NCBI GenBank assembly: GCA_046761065.1
Contig: JBHIFL010000004.1
Coordinates: forward strand, 1-64,000
Reading direction: 5' to 3'
From: Candidatus Heimdallarchaeota archaeon
GTDB lineage: Archaea > Asgardarchaeota > Wukongarchaeia > Wukongarchaeales > JBHIFL01
Length of the DNA stretch: 64,000 nucleotides
In this document: piece by piece, positions 10,685 through 20,439 of the stretch
Position numbering within the stretch: position 1 is the stretch's first letter
Layout of the letters: each line of letters opens with the position of its first letter
Made by a program: the position numbers and the translations under genes
Notes under the pieces: model-generated
The model's input: only the letters and a program-made list of their open reading frames with translations
Database searches by the model: none
Told to the model about the DNA's origin: nothing

Positions 10685-11085
10685 ATTTTTCCAATTATCG
10701 TCTTAATGACCAAAAGAATAGATGTAATTAAATCCGTTCGCTTGGAAGGAAGCTCTATAGTTAGTAATTCCTTTCTAGCGCCTTTTAAATCAAATTCAGC
10801 AAGGTAATTTGTAATCTTGTTTTTTACTTTCCAGAAGGGATCATTTTCGTCTAGCTGGAGTTGTTGTAGAAGTTGGCCCAAAAAGAAAGCGGGAATTGCT
10901 AATTCAGGCCATAGAATTTCTCTTTTTTTCTCAACGTTTTTAAGGAATTGGTCTAGCAAGGTTTGGGTGTTTCGTTACATGATTTCTCCCATCTCCTCTA
11001 TAATGATTGCATTTCGGAGTTCAGAGCCGATAGCGACTGGCTTTTCTGACCGTAAGAATCTAGAAAGGATTTCATTTGTGATCAT
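10681..11085 (-). pseudogene. Helical hypothetical protein interrupted by an in-frame TAA
   Basis: ATG 11085 (upstream GGGGTG) reads MITNEILSRF...EEMGEIM*RNTQTLLDQF. TAA at 10975-10977 is in frame with the called 10681-10959 ORF. Confidence 0.6.
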
Positions 11086-11119
11086 TTTTCGTTTTTACAC
11101 CCCTAACGGAGTTCTTCAT

Positions 11120-11884
11120 TCATAGCTTCATATCTTCGAGTGTGATTAAGATTTCACGGCAGGAACATTGCTCTTTTCTTTGGATTGCGCATGAGTAGAA
11201 GCGTTGGGGATATTGGAGATCGTAATAAAGGATTGGTTCGATAATGGATTCCCCTTTGTGGGGATTCAAGAGAATCCGAACGTTTTCGACCATCAGACCA
11301 GCGATGATTTGGTTCACATACCCAACGCTAGGCACAGGAAGTGCGGTGCAGGACTGGTTCTGACTTGGCGTTAAGTGGCGCTCGATGTTCGTGAAACATT
11401 CATAACATGGCGTGTTTCGAGTGATGACACACATTTGTCCTCCATTATGGCTTGTTGCGCCATGAACAAGCGGGATTCCTTTGATTAGTGCATACCTCGA
11501 TAACAGGAGCCGTGTAGGTATGTTGTCCACGGCGTCAATAAGAATGTCACAGGTACCAATAAGGGCAGCTAGGTTATTTCCTGTAATCTTCTCATTTATA
11601 CTTGTCACAACTGTGGTACTATTTCGTTCTCTGAGCCGTTCAGCTAATGCTGAAACTTTCTGACGTCCGATATCCTTCTCTGTAAAAAGCAACTGACGAT
11701 TCATATTGGATCGTTCTAGTACATCTTTGTCAATAATGGTTAGGGCTCCAATACCTAGTCCGACAAGGCCTAAGCTCACGTAGTTTCCTAGTGCTCCCGC
11801 GCCAACCATGACAATCTTTGCGTTACTGAGCTTTTCTTGATCCCATCCTTCGATCAGGGTTTGTCTAGAATATCGTGCGATCAC
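11120..11884 (-). CDS. E1-like ubiquitin-like-protein activating enzyme (ThiF/MoeB/UBA family)
   Basis: RYSRQ, GAGALG, SNMNRQ, DAVDN, CYEC, candidate catalytic Cys in QSCT, and a C-terminal CSC. Confidence 0.93.
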   Translation of the reverse strand: MIARYSRQTLIEGWDQEKLSNAKIVMVGAGALGNYVSLGLVGLGIGALTIIDKDVLERSNMNRQLLFTEKDIGRQKVSALAERLRERNSTTVVTSINEKITGNNLAALIGTCDILIDAVDNIPTRLLLSRYALIKGIPLVHGATSHNGGQMCVITRNTPCYECFTNIERHLTPSQNQSCTALPVPSVGYVNQIIAGLMVENVRILLNPHKGESIIEPILYYDLQYPQRFYSCAIQRKEQCSCREILITLEDMKL

Positions 11885-12963
11885 ATTTGATTCCCTCCAT
11901 ATTGAGTTGAGTTTGATTCTTCATCGAATTCGGCATCTTTCCACTTTGGAGTTTGATAATATTCTTTTGGTATCAGAGATAATGAGGTAATAGTATCTTG
12001 GATGTGTTCAAGTGTTATTAAGATAGCAATTTTGATAATATTTTCAATTTTTTGACGAATTTCGTTCTCGTCATTATCTTGTTGGTGTAACAAGTACCAT
12101 GGACTGCTGAGTTCGGCAATATAATCAGTCATATCTGGATGGGTTAGAACAGAATCGATAATCAGGGAGCTTAAAAGCTCTTTGGGTTCCCGGTCTCCCT
12201 CATAGACGAACTGTAAACCGGGAGAATCTTCGGGTAATGTATCAATAGAGGATTTGTGATAAAGGTCCTCAGGCGCATCCCCCCAGAACCATTTCTTAAA
12301 GCGATCACGCCATTTCCATTTCAATGGCTGGGGGATTATTATTGTGACTTTTCGTAAAACTTCTTCTGTTAAATCCGTTTTAATTTGTGCTGGGTTTGGT
12401 GAAGTGTCAGTTTCTTGATCAATGATATCTAACGTCGCTTCTCTCAGAACAACTGCTCCACAATCAAATTGGGTGACCACCACTCCATAATGATTTCTCG
12501 GTGCTAAAGAAACCGTTAATCCATAAGCATACTTTGTTTTCTTATCACTCATTATTTTGAAATTCTTACTTTGATGCAAGACGCGGACATGATTTTCATC
12601 GTCAGTTAAACTACTAAACGCCCCCATTTTAGCATGGCTGTGAGCCCATCCGAGCACCTGAAGGTTAGAATCGAGAGTTTCAAGTTCTTCGGTGAGCTTA
12701 AGGAGGGCACTCTTAGGTATCTCAACAGAATAGGATGTTACCTCCTGTTCTGGAATTAGAATGTCTTCGACACACCCCTGCTCATTTCCAAGCAAGAAGC
12801 AATATACTTCATAATCCCTTTTCGCCCGATCAACTACGATCTCAGCTAATGCATAGATTTTCTCGAGGGCAGTGGTAGTTATCTTAAGTTCGTTCATCGC
12901 TGCGGGGCAGAAATTTGGTTCTTCTATTGTTGAGATTGCTGAACTTCCAAATAATTTTGCCAA
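11881..12963 (-). CDS. JAB/JAMM (MPN+) metallo-isopeptidase with long C-terminal extension
   Basis: E(VYCFLLG)...GWAHSHAKMGAFSSLTD matches the JAMM pattern E-xn-HxH-x7-S-x2-D. Confidence 0.9.
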   Translation of the reverse strand: MAKLFGSSAISTIEEPNFCPAAMNELKITTTALEKIYALAEIVVDRAKRDYEVYCFLLGNEQGCVEDILIPEQEVTSYSVEIPKSALLKLTEELETLDSNLQVLGWAHSHAKMGAFSSLTDDENHVRVLHQSKNFKIMSDKKTKYAYGLTVSLAPRNHYGVVVTQFDCGAVVLREATLDIIDQETDTSPNPAQIKTDLTEEVLRKVTIIIPQPLKWKWRDRFKKWFWGDAPEDLYHKSSIDTLPEDSPGLQFVYEGDREPKELLSSLIIDSVLTHPDMTDYIAELSSPWYLLHQQDNDENEIRQKIENIIKIAILITLEHIQDTITSLSLIPKEYYQTPKWKDAEFDEESNSTQYGGNQM

Positions 12964-12979
12964 GTAATTCCCCTTTCCC

Positions 12980-13777
12980 TCATTTTGAGATTTTTGTTCT
13001 ATTTCTTAGGCGATATTTCCTAAAGATCGGATCAAAGATATCTATTGCCGGCTCCACCCCCTCTTCCATCCTATAACCAGAGACGAGGATCTGTTCCGCG
13101 TAGGAAAACAGATGGATTATCTTGGAAGTGATATCTTTGAGGAAAGCAATTGCCTCAAGGCTGCGGCTATCCGAAAATGATCCCAGACAGATAGCCCCAG
13201 CTTCAATAAGGAACGGATGAACATAGTTTTCCGGTTGCAGCACATACACAGTAAGCTCAGCTTTACTCGGGCTAAGAATAGGAATGCCAAGAATGCAAGG
13301 AGGAAATTTCCACTTTCCCCCACCCTCACCGCGGATTTCTAGGATAAAAGAGTCAATTCCCTTAATTGCCCAGCAATACTCATCATCATTAAGGATTGCT
13401 ATTCCAACTCCCGCAAGGGCGAGGTTTGTCAGTTGGGTGAGGGTTAGCGAAGAGAAAAGGTTTACTAGTAAATCCTGTTTGTTATATTCTAGTTCGAAAT
13501 CCCTCAATGATGAACGGATCTCTCCCAGAAGCTTGTGTGAGAGACTCTCAGAACTCATCAGCGGTTTAAGCTGAAATATATAATTGAAGGCTATAAAGAA
13601 ACTTGGATTAGACTTTAAATCCACTGGGTACTTATCCTTTGTGAATGGGGCGAGGGGGATTGCTTCGAACACCATCCCATTTGAATATATCCGTAGTTTG
13701 TCTTTTGGAGCAAAGATTTCTTCTATTTTTTCCAAACATACTTCAGAGATGTTGGGCTCCATGGGCTGCAACCCCAC
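12980..13777 (-). CDS. E2 (UBC-fold)-like conjugating enzyme
   Basis: YVHPFLIEAGAICLG resembles the E2 active-site signature HPN-x-G-x-ICL; lies between the Ubl and JAMM genes. Confidence 0.7.
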   Translation of the reverse strand: MGLQPMEPNISEVCLEKIEEIFAPKDKLRIYSNGMVFEAIPLAPFTKDKYPVDLKSNPSFFIAFNYIFQLKPLMSSESLSHKLLGEIRSSLRDFELEYNKQDLLVNLFSSLTLTQLTNLALAGVGIAILNDDEYCWAIKGIDSFILEIRGEGGGKWKFPPCILGIPILSPSKAELTVYVLQPENYVHPFLIEAGAICLGSFSDSRSLEAIAFLKDITSKIIHLFSYAEQILVSGYRMEEGVEPAIDIFDPIFRKYRLRNRTKISK

Positions 13778-13897
13778 TTCAAGACTAATAACTTACCAAA
13801 AATCGGTTGATGAAGTCGATTTTATCAAGATAATGGATAACCCCTTATCATGGCCTGAGCACAAAGAATTTGATTTCAAATGGTTTATACTGCCTAA

Positions 13898-14230
13898 TTA
13901 GCCACCCACATGTTTTCTAAGGAGATTCAATTCAGCGTAATTCACTTGTTTCCCTTCCAGAAATTTTTCTTGGAAAGGGATTTCTTGAATAGGGCGGTCT
14001 ACTAAGTATTGCTGACCCTTAATGAACGGTATATGATCTTTTAAGGCCTGTTGCAGTTGATACGCTTCATGGGGTTTTCCAGCTTTTTCAAGCTTTACTA
14101 CTGTGTCTATTAGAAGGATTTCTAAGGATTGAGTGGGATCGGTTACCTCTACGAAGATTGGATCCCTAGCTAAGGGAAACCGAATACCAAGAACCTGTCG
14201 ACTCGAAATCGATTCCAATTCCATATTCAT
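13898..14230 (-). CDS. Ubiquitin-like (beta-grasp) modifier with C-terminal diglycine
   Basis: 110 aa ending ...AELNLLRKHVGG*; first gene of the E2/JAMM/E1 operon. Confidence 0.75.
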   Translation of the reverse strand: MNMELESISSRQVLGIRFPLARDPIFVEVTDPTQSLEILLIDTVVKLEKAGKPHEAYQLQQALKDHIPFIKGQQYLVDRPIQEIPFQEKFLEGKQVNYAELNLLRKHVGG

Positions 14231-14640
14231 CCCCTCATATCATGCAAGGAATAGTAACTATAAGAGTTGAGAGAGTGGAAGTTAGGTAAAAATAATTGCT
14301 CATTTTGTGGAACCAATTTTATTATTCAAACAAAGTGAAAGTTATCCTTGAAACAATCATAGAGTGAGTAATATGTTAGTAAAGAGAATTACCGCTTGGA
14401 TGGCCTCAGAGGATGTTAGGGGGAAGTTAGTTCGATACACCTACAGAATAACAAGATAGAAGAGAGAATGTCATCAAACCATTAGAATCTGCTTTGTCGG
14501 TCAAGTTCTTGACCCAAACTGGAGGTACAACAATAGAAATATATAGGTCTCAAGACCCATAAAGGCAAAGAAAAGATTATTCCTCTTATATTACATTGAT
14601 AGTATATTTAGGAGCGCAAGCGATAGGAGTATGGCTTATT

Positions 14641-15321
14641 ATGTTCAGAGGCGTAGGCGATAGGAGTATGGCTTATGATCGGTCAACAGTCATTTTCAGC
14701 CCCCAAGGCGATATCATCCAATTAGAATATGCACGAAAGGCTGTTGAAAAAGGCGCAACTGGATTAGGGGTGCGAACCAAGGAATTTGTTGTACTAGCAG
14801 GAATCAGAAAGGAAACCGAACTTATTGAGGCCCCAGAGAAGATTCATAAGCTTGATGACCACCTTGCGACAACAGCTGCAGGACTTCAGGCAGATACCTC
14901 CGCTTTGGTGAAACGAGCCCGAATCCAAGCGCAGATTCACCGATTAACCTATGGAGAAGAGATTACAATCTCTACTCTTGCTAACCAACTTGGTGAATTT
15001 TTACAACAACATACCCAAATGGGTGGCCTTCGACCGTTCGGGACTCAGCTGCTCTTTGGAGGAAAGTTAAAGGAAGGAAAATCCGAACTAGTGCTTGTAG
15101 ATCCCGGAGGAGCGGTTTTTAGGTGCCGTGCAGTTGCAATCGGTCAGAATAATGATCCGGCAAATGAGATCCTAAAGAAAGAATATTCTAGCAACATTGA
15201 TAGAGAAGCAGCAAAAAAACTCGTGAAGAAGGCATTAGAAAGTAGCATTGTAAATGCAGAACAAGAAAAAGTGGAAATCGCCATTATTGATGATTCTGGT
15301 GTTCATATGGGTATTGAATAA
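14641..15321 (+). CDS. psmA: Proteasome alpha subunit
   Basis: AYDRSTVIFSPQGDIIQLEYARKAVEKG N-terminal signature, GLQAD, RPFG and DPGG motifs. ATG 14641 is preferred over TTG 14596. Confidence 0.93.
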   Translation: MFRGVGDRSMAYDRSTVIFSPQGDIIQLEYARKAVEKGATGLGVRTKEFVVLAGIRKETELIEAPEKIHKLDDHLATTAAGLQADTSALVKRARIQAQIHRLTYGEEITISTLANQLGEFLQQHTQMGGLRPFGTQLLFGGKLKEGKSELVLVDPGGAVFRCRAVAIGQNNDPANEILKKEYSSNIDREAAKKLVKKALESSIVNAEQEKVEIAIIDDSGVHMGIE

Positions 15322-15444
15322 GACACCTAGAGCATCATAAACCTTACATTTTTTTATCATGCGTCGAAGAGCTGATTCATTTACATTTTCTTTTTAATTA
15401 GCTCAAGTAATTTTTGTTACACCCATACACAATAGGATTTTTAC

Positions 15445-15921
15445 GTAACCAGGCAGGTCATCAACAAGATAACCGAATTACGGAAAAATGGGGTTGAGCC
15501 GGTTATCATCGGTGGGGATTTGAAGCACCATAGAACTCCACGGAGAAGGGGATATCTCCGATGCCGGAAGATCAACCACAAACTCCATTCTATGCCCTCC
15601 AATCAGGTGAAGACCTTGCTCATATACAAAGGCTTGTGGGAAGACACCCTGATACTTTATGTGAATGAAACTTACGCCTTACAAATATGGTCATAGATAT
15701 ATAAGAACAAAGGTCTATGAACCAAAAGACCGTTCAAATGCTCCTGCGGGACAGACTATAATGTTGACTTGAATGGTGTGCAACATCCTCCACAAGTCTC
15801 TTGGGTATATCTTACGAGATAGGATAGCCGTGAATCCGCCCCGCTCCACCACTGGGAACGTCGCACAGAAAGAAGTTTAGCAAGTGATGGGAGAAGCTCC
15901 GTCCCTAGTGACAGAGTAGTT
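15445..15921 (+). mobile_element. tnpB: Degenerate IS200/IS605-family element: tnpB 3' remnant plus right end
   Basis: Broken frames give VTRQVINK..VIIGGDLKH, KINHKLHSMP..VKTLLIYKGLWE..YVNE and FKCSCGTDYNVDLNG. Followed by GAAGCTCCGTCC...GAGTAGTT, which resembles IS605-type right ends. Confidence 0.8.
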
Positions 15922-16177
15922 TATATTAGAAATCATCTTCGAAGTTTACAATGCAATACATTTTTGCATCATATTTATTTATACACTATTGTAAACTTTT
16001 GTACGTAAGATTTTTTACCAATCCATTTGAATCGGAATATACAAGTGATGACGTGTATATGATTAGATACGTTTGACTCTCTTCAAATCCATTTGAACTC
16101 TGCACAGCCAGCGTGTAATGGGCTGGGAAAAGAAGGTATTAAGTCAAAGATACCAAGAGACCGCTTAGGGGATTCTT

Positions 16178-16750
16178 GTGAAGGCTTCTCGGAAGTATGT
16201 GTACAAAATAGTTTTATGCGGTGAACCAGGAGTCGGGAAATCAAGTTTGATCATTCGATACGTTCATAACCGATTCCAAAAGGATATGTCTGTCACATTG
16301 GGGATTAATGTTTACACAAAACAAATTCAATTTGGATCATCAGGCCAAGATCTGGTCACACTTTCTCTCTTTGATATTGGAGGCCAAGATCGATTTCAAG
16401 ACTTCCGTCATAACTTCTTCAAGGGGACCAGGGGAGCAGCACTCGTCTATGATGTAACTCGCCCTAAAACACTTGAGAAATTAAATGCGTGGTGGAACCA
16501 ACTCCGAACTTCAGAACACAACAAACCGATAGTAACTGTACTAGTCGGTAATAAGACTGACTTAGTGGATTATGTCGCAATACCGGAGAAGGAGGGGCGA
16601 GCATTTGGCAAATATATTGGATCGTTAAAACATTTTCGAACCTCCGCAAAGACCGCTCAGAATGTCAATGAGATGTTTAAACAGCTTGCAAAGGGCATTA
16701 TGAGTCAGGAGAAACGAAAATGCAAGGAGGCAGCCCTTAGAAATGGATAA
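16178..16750 (+). CDS. Rab-like small GTPase
   Basis: GEPGVGKS, TLG, FDIGGQDRF, GNKTD and TSAK (G1-G5). Confidence 0.93.
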   Translation: MKASRKYVYKIVLCGEPGVGKSSLIIRYVHNRFQKDMSVTLGINVYTKQIQFGSSGQDLVTLSLFDIGGQDRFQDFRHNFFKGTRGAALVYDVTRPKTLEKLNAWWNQLRTSEHNKPIVTVLVGNKTDLVDYVAIPEKEGRAFGKYIGSLKHFRTSAKTAQNVNEMFKQLAKGIMSQEKRKCKEAALRNG

Positions 16751-17636
16751 AAATGGAGAATTATCAGCGCATTCAGAGGAAATATACATCCAGCAACTTG
16801 TTCGTAACATTCCTGCACCAATTCTTGAGAGAGTCGTGAAGAAATGGAAAGGAAAGTCGATTAAGTTTACAGAGGATAACAAATGTAAAAAATTTAGTGA
16901 ATTTTTTCAGGAATTGCCACGCTCTTGGAGAATTCAATTAAACAAACTAAGTCGCTTAACAGCAGTGGATAATATTATTTGGAGGCCTTATATTATAGAG
17001 AATAAACCGAAATTCAAATCTCAACAATATACAAAACCTATTAAATTTCCGACAAAAACTTTAATTAAGGCAGACGTGGACGTATCGGGTTTCCTCCATG
17101 TTTTCACCCTCTCAAAGAATATTTATTTGCTTGCAGTGGAATTTAGTTCGCGAAGTGACCGTTATAGAAATGTATTCCATTATTTATTAATTCCCAACAA
17201 GAAACTCCTTTTTGTGGAACAAAAAAAGAATAGTTTACACTTTTTTGAAGAGGTTTGGAATAAAACTCTCACCCTTAAACTAAAAGAACAAAAGATAAGA
17301 CCTGTTATTATCCGACGAGCCGTTGAAAAGGTAGGTAATACAAATAATGAGAGAATCAATTTACTAGGAATCACCCTCTCTCAAACCATTTCTGGCTTCC
17401 GTGGGCTTACAGGGATTATTCTGGCGGGCGATGACGTTTTGGCTGGTCTCCAAGGTATGAAGGTTCGTCATGACCTCGACATTGATTTTTCGGATCTGGG
17501 ACCGTGGACTGAGGTTCAAATGAATACAATCCATCTTATCGCAGGAAAAGGGATCAAGGTAAAAGGAATTGATGGAATCACTCGAGCCATTGAGCTCTTT
17601 GTTTCTGCAAAAAAGCCCTTAAAGATATTATTATAA
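16743..17636 (+). CDS. Hypothetical basic protein translationally coupled to the Rab-like GTPase
   Basis: 297-aa ORF whose start overlaps the end of the GTPase gene. Confidence 0.7.
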   Translation: MDKNGELSAHSEEIYIQQLVRNIPAPILERVVKKWKGKSIKFTEDNKCKKFSEFFQELPRSWRIQLNKLSRLTAVDNIIWRPYIIENKPKFKSQQYTKPIKFPTKTLIKADVDVSGFLHVFTLSKNIYLLAVEFSSRSDRYRNVFHYLLIPNKKLLFVEQKKNSLHFFEEVWNKTLTLKLKEQKIRPVIIRRAVEKVGNTNNERINLLGITLSQTISGFRGLTGIILAGDDVLAGLQGMKVRHDLDIDFSDLGPWTEVQMNTIHLIAGKGIKVKGIDGITRAIELFVSAKKPLKILL

Positions 17637-17833
17637 TTTGATAAAAAAAACTTTTTTTAAAAAACGACTGTAACCTGACCTTTCATAGTGTATATGATCC
17701 GTTTCATAGATTACCATGAGCTTCCTACGACTTAGGAGTATCTCATTTGCTTAAGGGTAATCTGGAGATCCCTCCAATGACAAAGACCACAAGTTGCATA
17801 ATCAAGGAATCGGGTGGGGTGCTGAAATGCGTA

Positions 17834-18877
17834 TCAAGTGTTATAAGTTGCAGGAAAGCAACTAATTGCGTTTGTTCCCTCATGTCCTATTTGAGCGTAA
17901 GAAGGCACAACTGTGTTAGGCAAGATTACTGAGTTAATGAGTTTCGCATTCTTTCCTACCATAACCCCAAAAAGGACAATTGTGTTCTTGACACACACCC
18001 CCGCTTTTAGTTTTACTCCGGCCTCTAAATAACCATACGGGCCCACTACACAACCAGGATCAATGAAACTGCCTTGGCAGACTAGGGAGGGAGGAATGAT
18101 ATGGGCATCCTTCGCAAGCTTTCCTCGAATAGAATGCCCAATTTTGTCTAGAAATATCCGATTTACTGCAAGATAATCGTTAATATTATTTAAGGTTATG
18201 AAGGAGTTTATAAGGATTCCATAAACCCGTTTACCCCTTTCAATCGTTGCCTGAATTGCATCTTGTAGTTCATATTCCCCTCTGTTTGACCTTTTCACCT
18301 GTCCCACTTGATCTAATATCTCATTGTTAAATACATAAATTGGTCGGCAAGCAATATCACTTGGAGCTATCTTGACAAGTGGTTTTTCAATAATATAAGA
18401 GACCCGTCCATCACTTTCTAGACGAACAAGCGCCGTGTCTATCGGTTTGGTAAGCTTGATTTTCTGAAGACACAATGTAATAGACGCGTGACGCCTTTGA
18501 TGTTCTCTTATGAGATGCTTGACCTGATTCGAAGAAAATAGCGAGTCTGCCGCGCACACTAAAAAATCGTGCTCCTTACCAAGGAGCTTTCTAGCCTCCT
18601 TCACGGCATGCGCCATACCTAATGGCTCGTTCTGTACCACATATTGAATTTTCATTCCTCTTAGGTTTTTTCCTTCGAAATACGAGAATATTTGGTCTCG
18701 CAAATACCCAACAACTATGATAACGTGGCGGATCCCAGCTCCGTGTAACATGGAAAAAATACGTTCTAGAAAAGGTATTCCAGCCACCGGAAGCATTGGT
18801 TTGGGAATAACTTCAGTCAATGGGCTCATTCTTTTTCCATGACCTGCCGCAAGAACTAATGCGGTTTCAATTACCAC
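17834..18877 (-). CDS. Sugar-phosphate nucleotidyltransferase with C-terminal left-handed beta-helix
   Basis: LAAGHGKRMSPLT..PKP, Q.EPLGMAHA, IEKP and RGEYE motifs; hexapeptide repeats at the C-terminus. Confidence 0.9.
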   Translation of the reverse strand: MVIETALVLAAGHGKRMSPLTEVIPKPMLPVAGIPFLERIFSMLHGAGIRHVIIVVGYLRDQIFSYFEGKNLRGMKIQYVVQNEPLGMAHAVKEARKLLGKEHDFLVCAADSLFSSNQVKHLIREHQRRHASITLCLQKIKLTKPIDTALVRLESDGRVSYIIEKPLVKIAPSDIACRPIYVFNNEILDQVGQVKRSNRGEYELQDAIQATIERGKRVYGILINSFITLNNINDYLAVNRIFLDKIGHSIRGKLAKDAHIIPPSLVCQGSFIDPGCVVGPYGYLEAGVKLKAGVCVKNTIVLFGVMVGKNAKLINSVILPNTVVPSYAQIGHEGTNAISCFPATYNT

Positions 18878-19191
18878 TACGATCCCTCGTAGCCTTCTTC
18901 ACTATCAGAGGAGGGTTCTCATCTCTCTTCCGATTTTGCCCAATTAATAGCAATTGACCTCCTTTTAATTCTTCACTGCAGCTTAAACATGAAATTTGCT
19001 AAATTATTCATGAATGAGAGTGTGATTTATCAAATTTGGATCGAGACTCCTCATCTTTGCGTGGAGTTCGAAGAGAATACGGTTCCCTCAAAATAATCCC
19101 AAACCCTCTTATAAGATTTGAAGTGAATATTGATCCTCTAAGACAGTTCGCAAGGCCCAGAAGGGATTTAGGGGCTATTACGGTATTGTAT

Positions 19192-20079
19192 TCATCGAGG
19201 CACAAAAATAAGTTCACAATCTGCTTCTCTTAGCTGGCGAGTCTTGGCCTCCTTCACTTTGATATTCTTTCCTGTTGCCGCTAAATAAAGCCCATCGATG
19301 ATCCCTTCCACGAACTTACATTGAACCGTTTGACCAATCTCCGGACAAAACACACACCCCTTAATCGTGGTTAAAAACTCTTTTGGGGTGCGTGCCAACA
19401 TTTGAACACTAGTGGTACCGTTCGTGGCAATATCTATGACAGCCGAGACGAAGTTAGTAAATTCGTCATGATCCAATGGGTATTTCGGATTAATTTCATC
19501 CTTAAGGAGGGATGCAATATCACGCGCAAATTCTGCCCCTGCCTCATAGATAATACGTCCGGCAACCTGCGGCATGAGCGTCTCATGGACCTTCTGCGTA
19601 AATTTGTTGAGAAGAGCGCTAGGAATATATGTAAACCGCACCGCTGCGTGAACCAATTCCCTCCAACGAACTTCGTGGCCTTCAAGTATCCTACCTACCC
19701 GGTTCGCGAGTTCCTTGACGGCAGGAAGAATATAGTCGCGATTTGCCCCAGTTCGAAATATGGCTGTAAGCAATCCACGGTATCCCGCCTTTGCGACAAT
19801 AAAAAACCCGGTTTGCGTTTCGACAAAAGCCGCATCGAGCTCTCCACGTTGTATTTCACTTCTTACCGATTTCCCGAGGGTATCGACTCGTGATGAAACG
19901 ACAGCAAGCTCTTCATTTTGAATTTGACGTCCACTTGGGCTGTACCCCAATATAGGGAACCCTTCGCGGCTTGTGATCGAGATCACGTCAATATGGGAGA
20001 CCCGGGAACTGAATTCCTTCAGAGCCTCCGTCAATCGCTCTGTAATCACAGGCGACGGTTTACTGCCAGATTGTTCCAT
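19192..20079 (-). CDS. Roadblock/LC7 domain fused to V4R domain
   Basis: N-terminal ITSREGFPI...ELAVVSS...GELD..FVETQTG roadblock pattern; C-terminal YEAG..FA, CVFC, CKFVEGII.G and E..T..C V4R pattern. Confidence 0.75.
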   Translation of the reverse strand: MEQSGSKPSPVITERLTEALKEFSSRVSHIDVISITSREGFPILGYSPSGRQIQNEELAVVSSRVDTLGKSVRSEIQRGELDAAFVETQTGFFIVAKAGYRGLLTAIFRTGANRDYILPAVKELANRVGRILEGHEVRWRELVHAAVRFTYIPSALLNKFTQKVHETLMPQVAGRIIYEAGAEFARDIASLLKDEINPKYPLDHDEFTNFVSAVIDIATNGTTSVQMLARTPKEFLTTIKGCVFCPEIGQTVQCKFVEGIIDGLYLAATGKNIKVKEAKTRQLREADCELIFVPR

Positions 20080-20439
20080 CGTATTTCTCTCGCTAAACCT
20101 CTCAATTTCATAAATCTTATAAAAACGTACGATTTAAATGTGTTTATTCTAAAGTCTAATGCCCCTTTTCGGGAATTGTCAGATTAAATCATATTCAACA
20201 ATCCCTTAAACCGAATTATCGAGACAAATAAGTCGCTATGCAAATCTGATTCCGAAGAACTTTATCAGAATTCCGCAAAGACTCTTATAAAAAAGTTATA
20301 GGGAATATAAAGTTGTAGACTTCCTCTTAAAGAAATTAAAACATCTAGAAAAGTCTTTACCATTCAAACTTGATGATTACACTGAAAAAAAGGGTGCTAC
20401 TTGGTTGGTCGTTTTCAAAGCTTCAATAGGTGTATTGTG

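Noticed and set aside
11120-11884. MoeB/ThiF for cofactor sulfur transfer
   Set aside because: Its neighbours are E2-like, JAMM and proteasome genes, with no MoaE, ThiG or tRNA-thiolation gene nearby.
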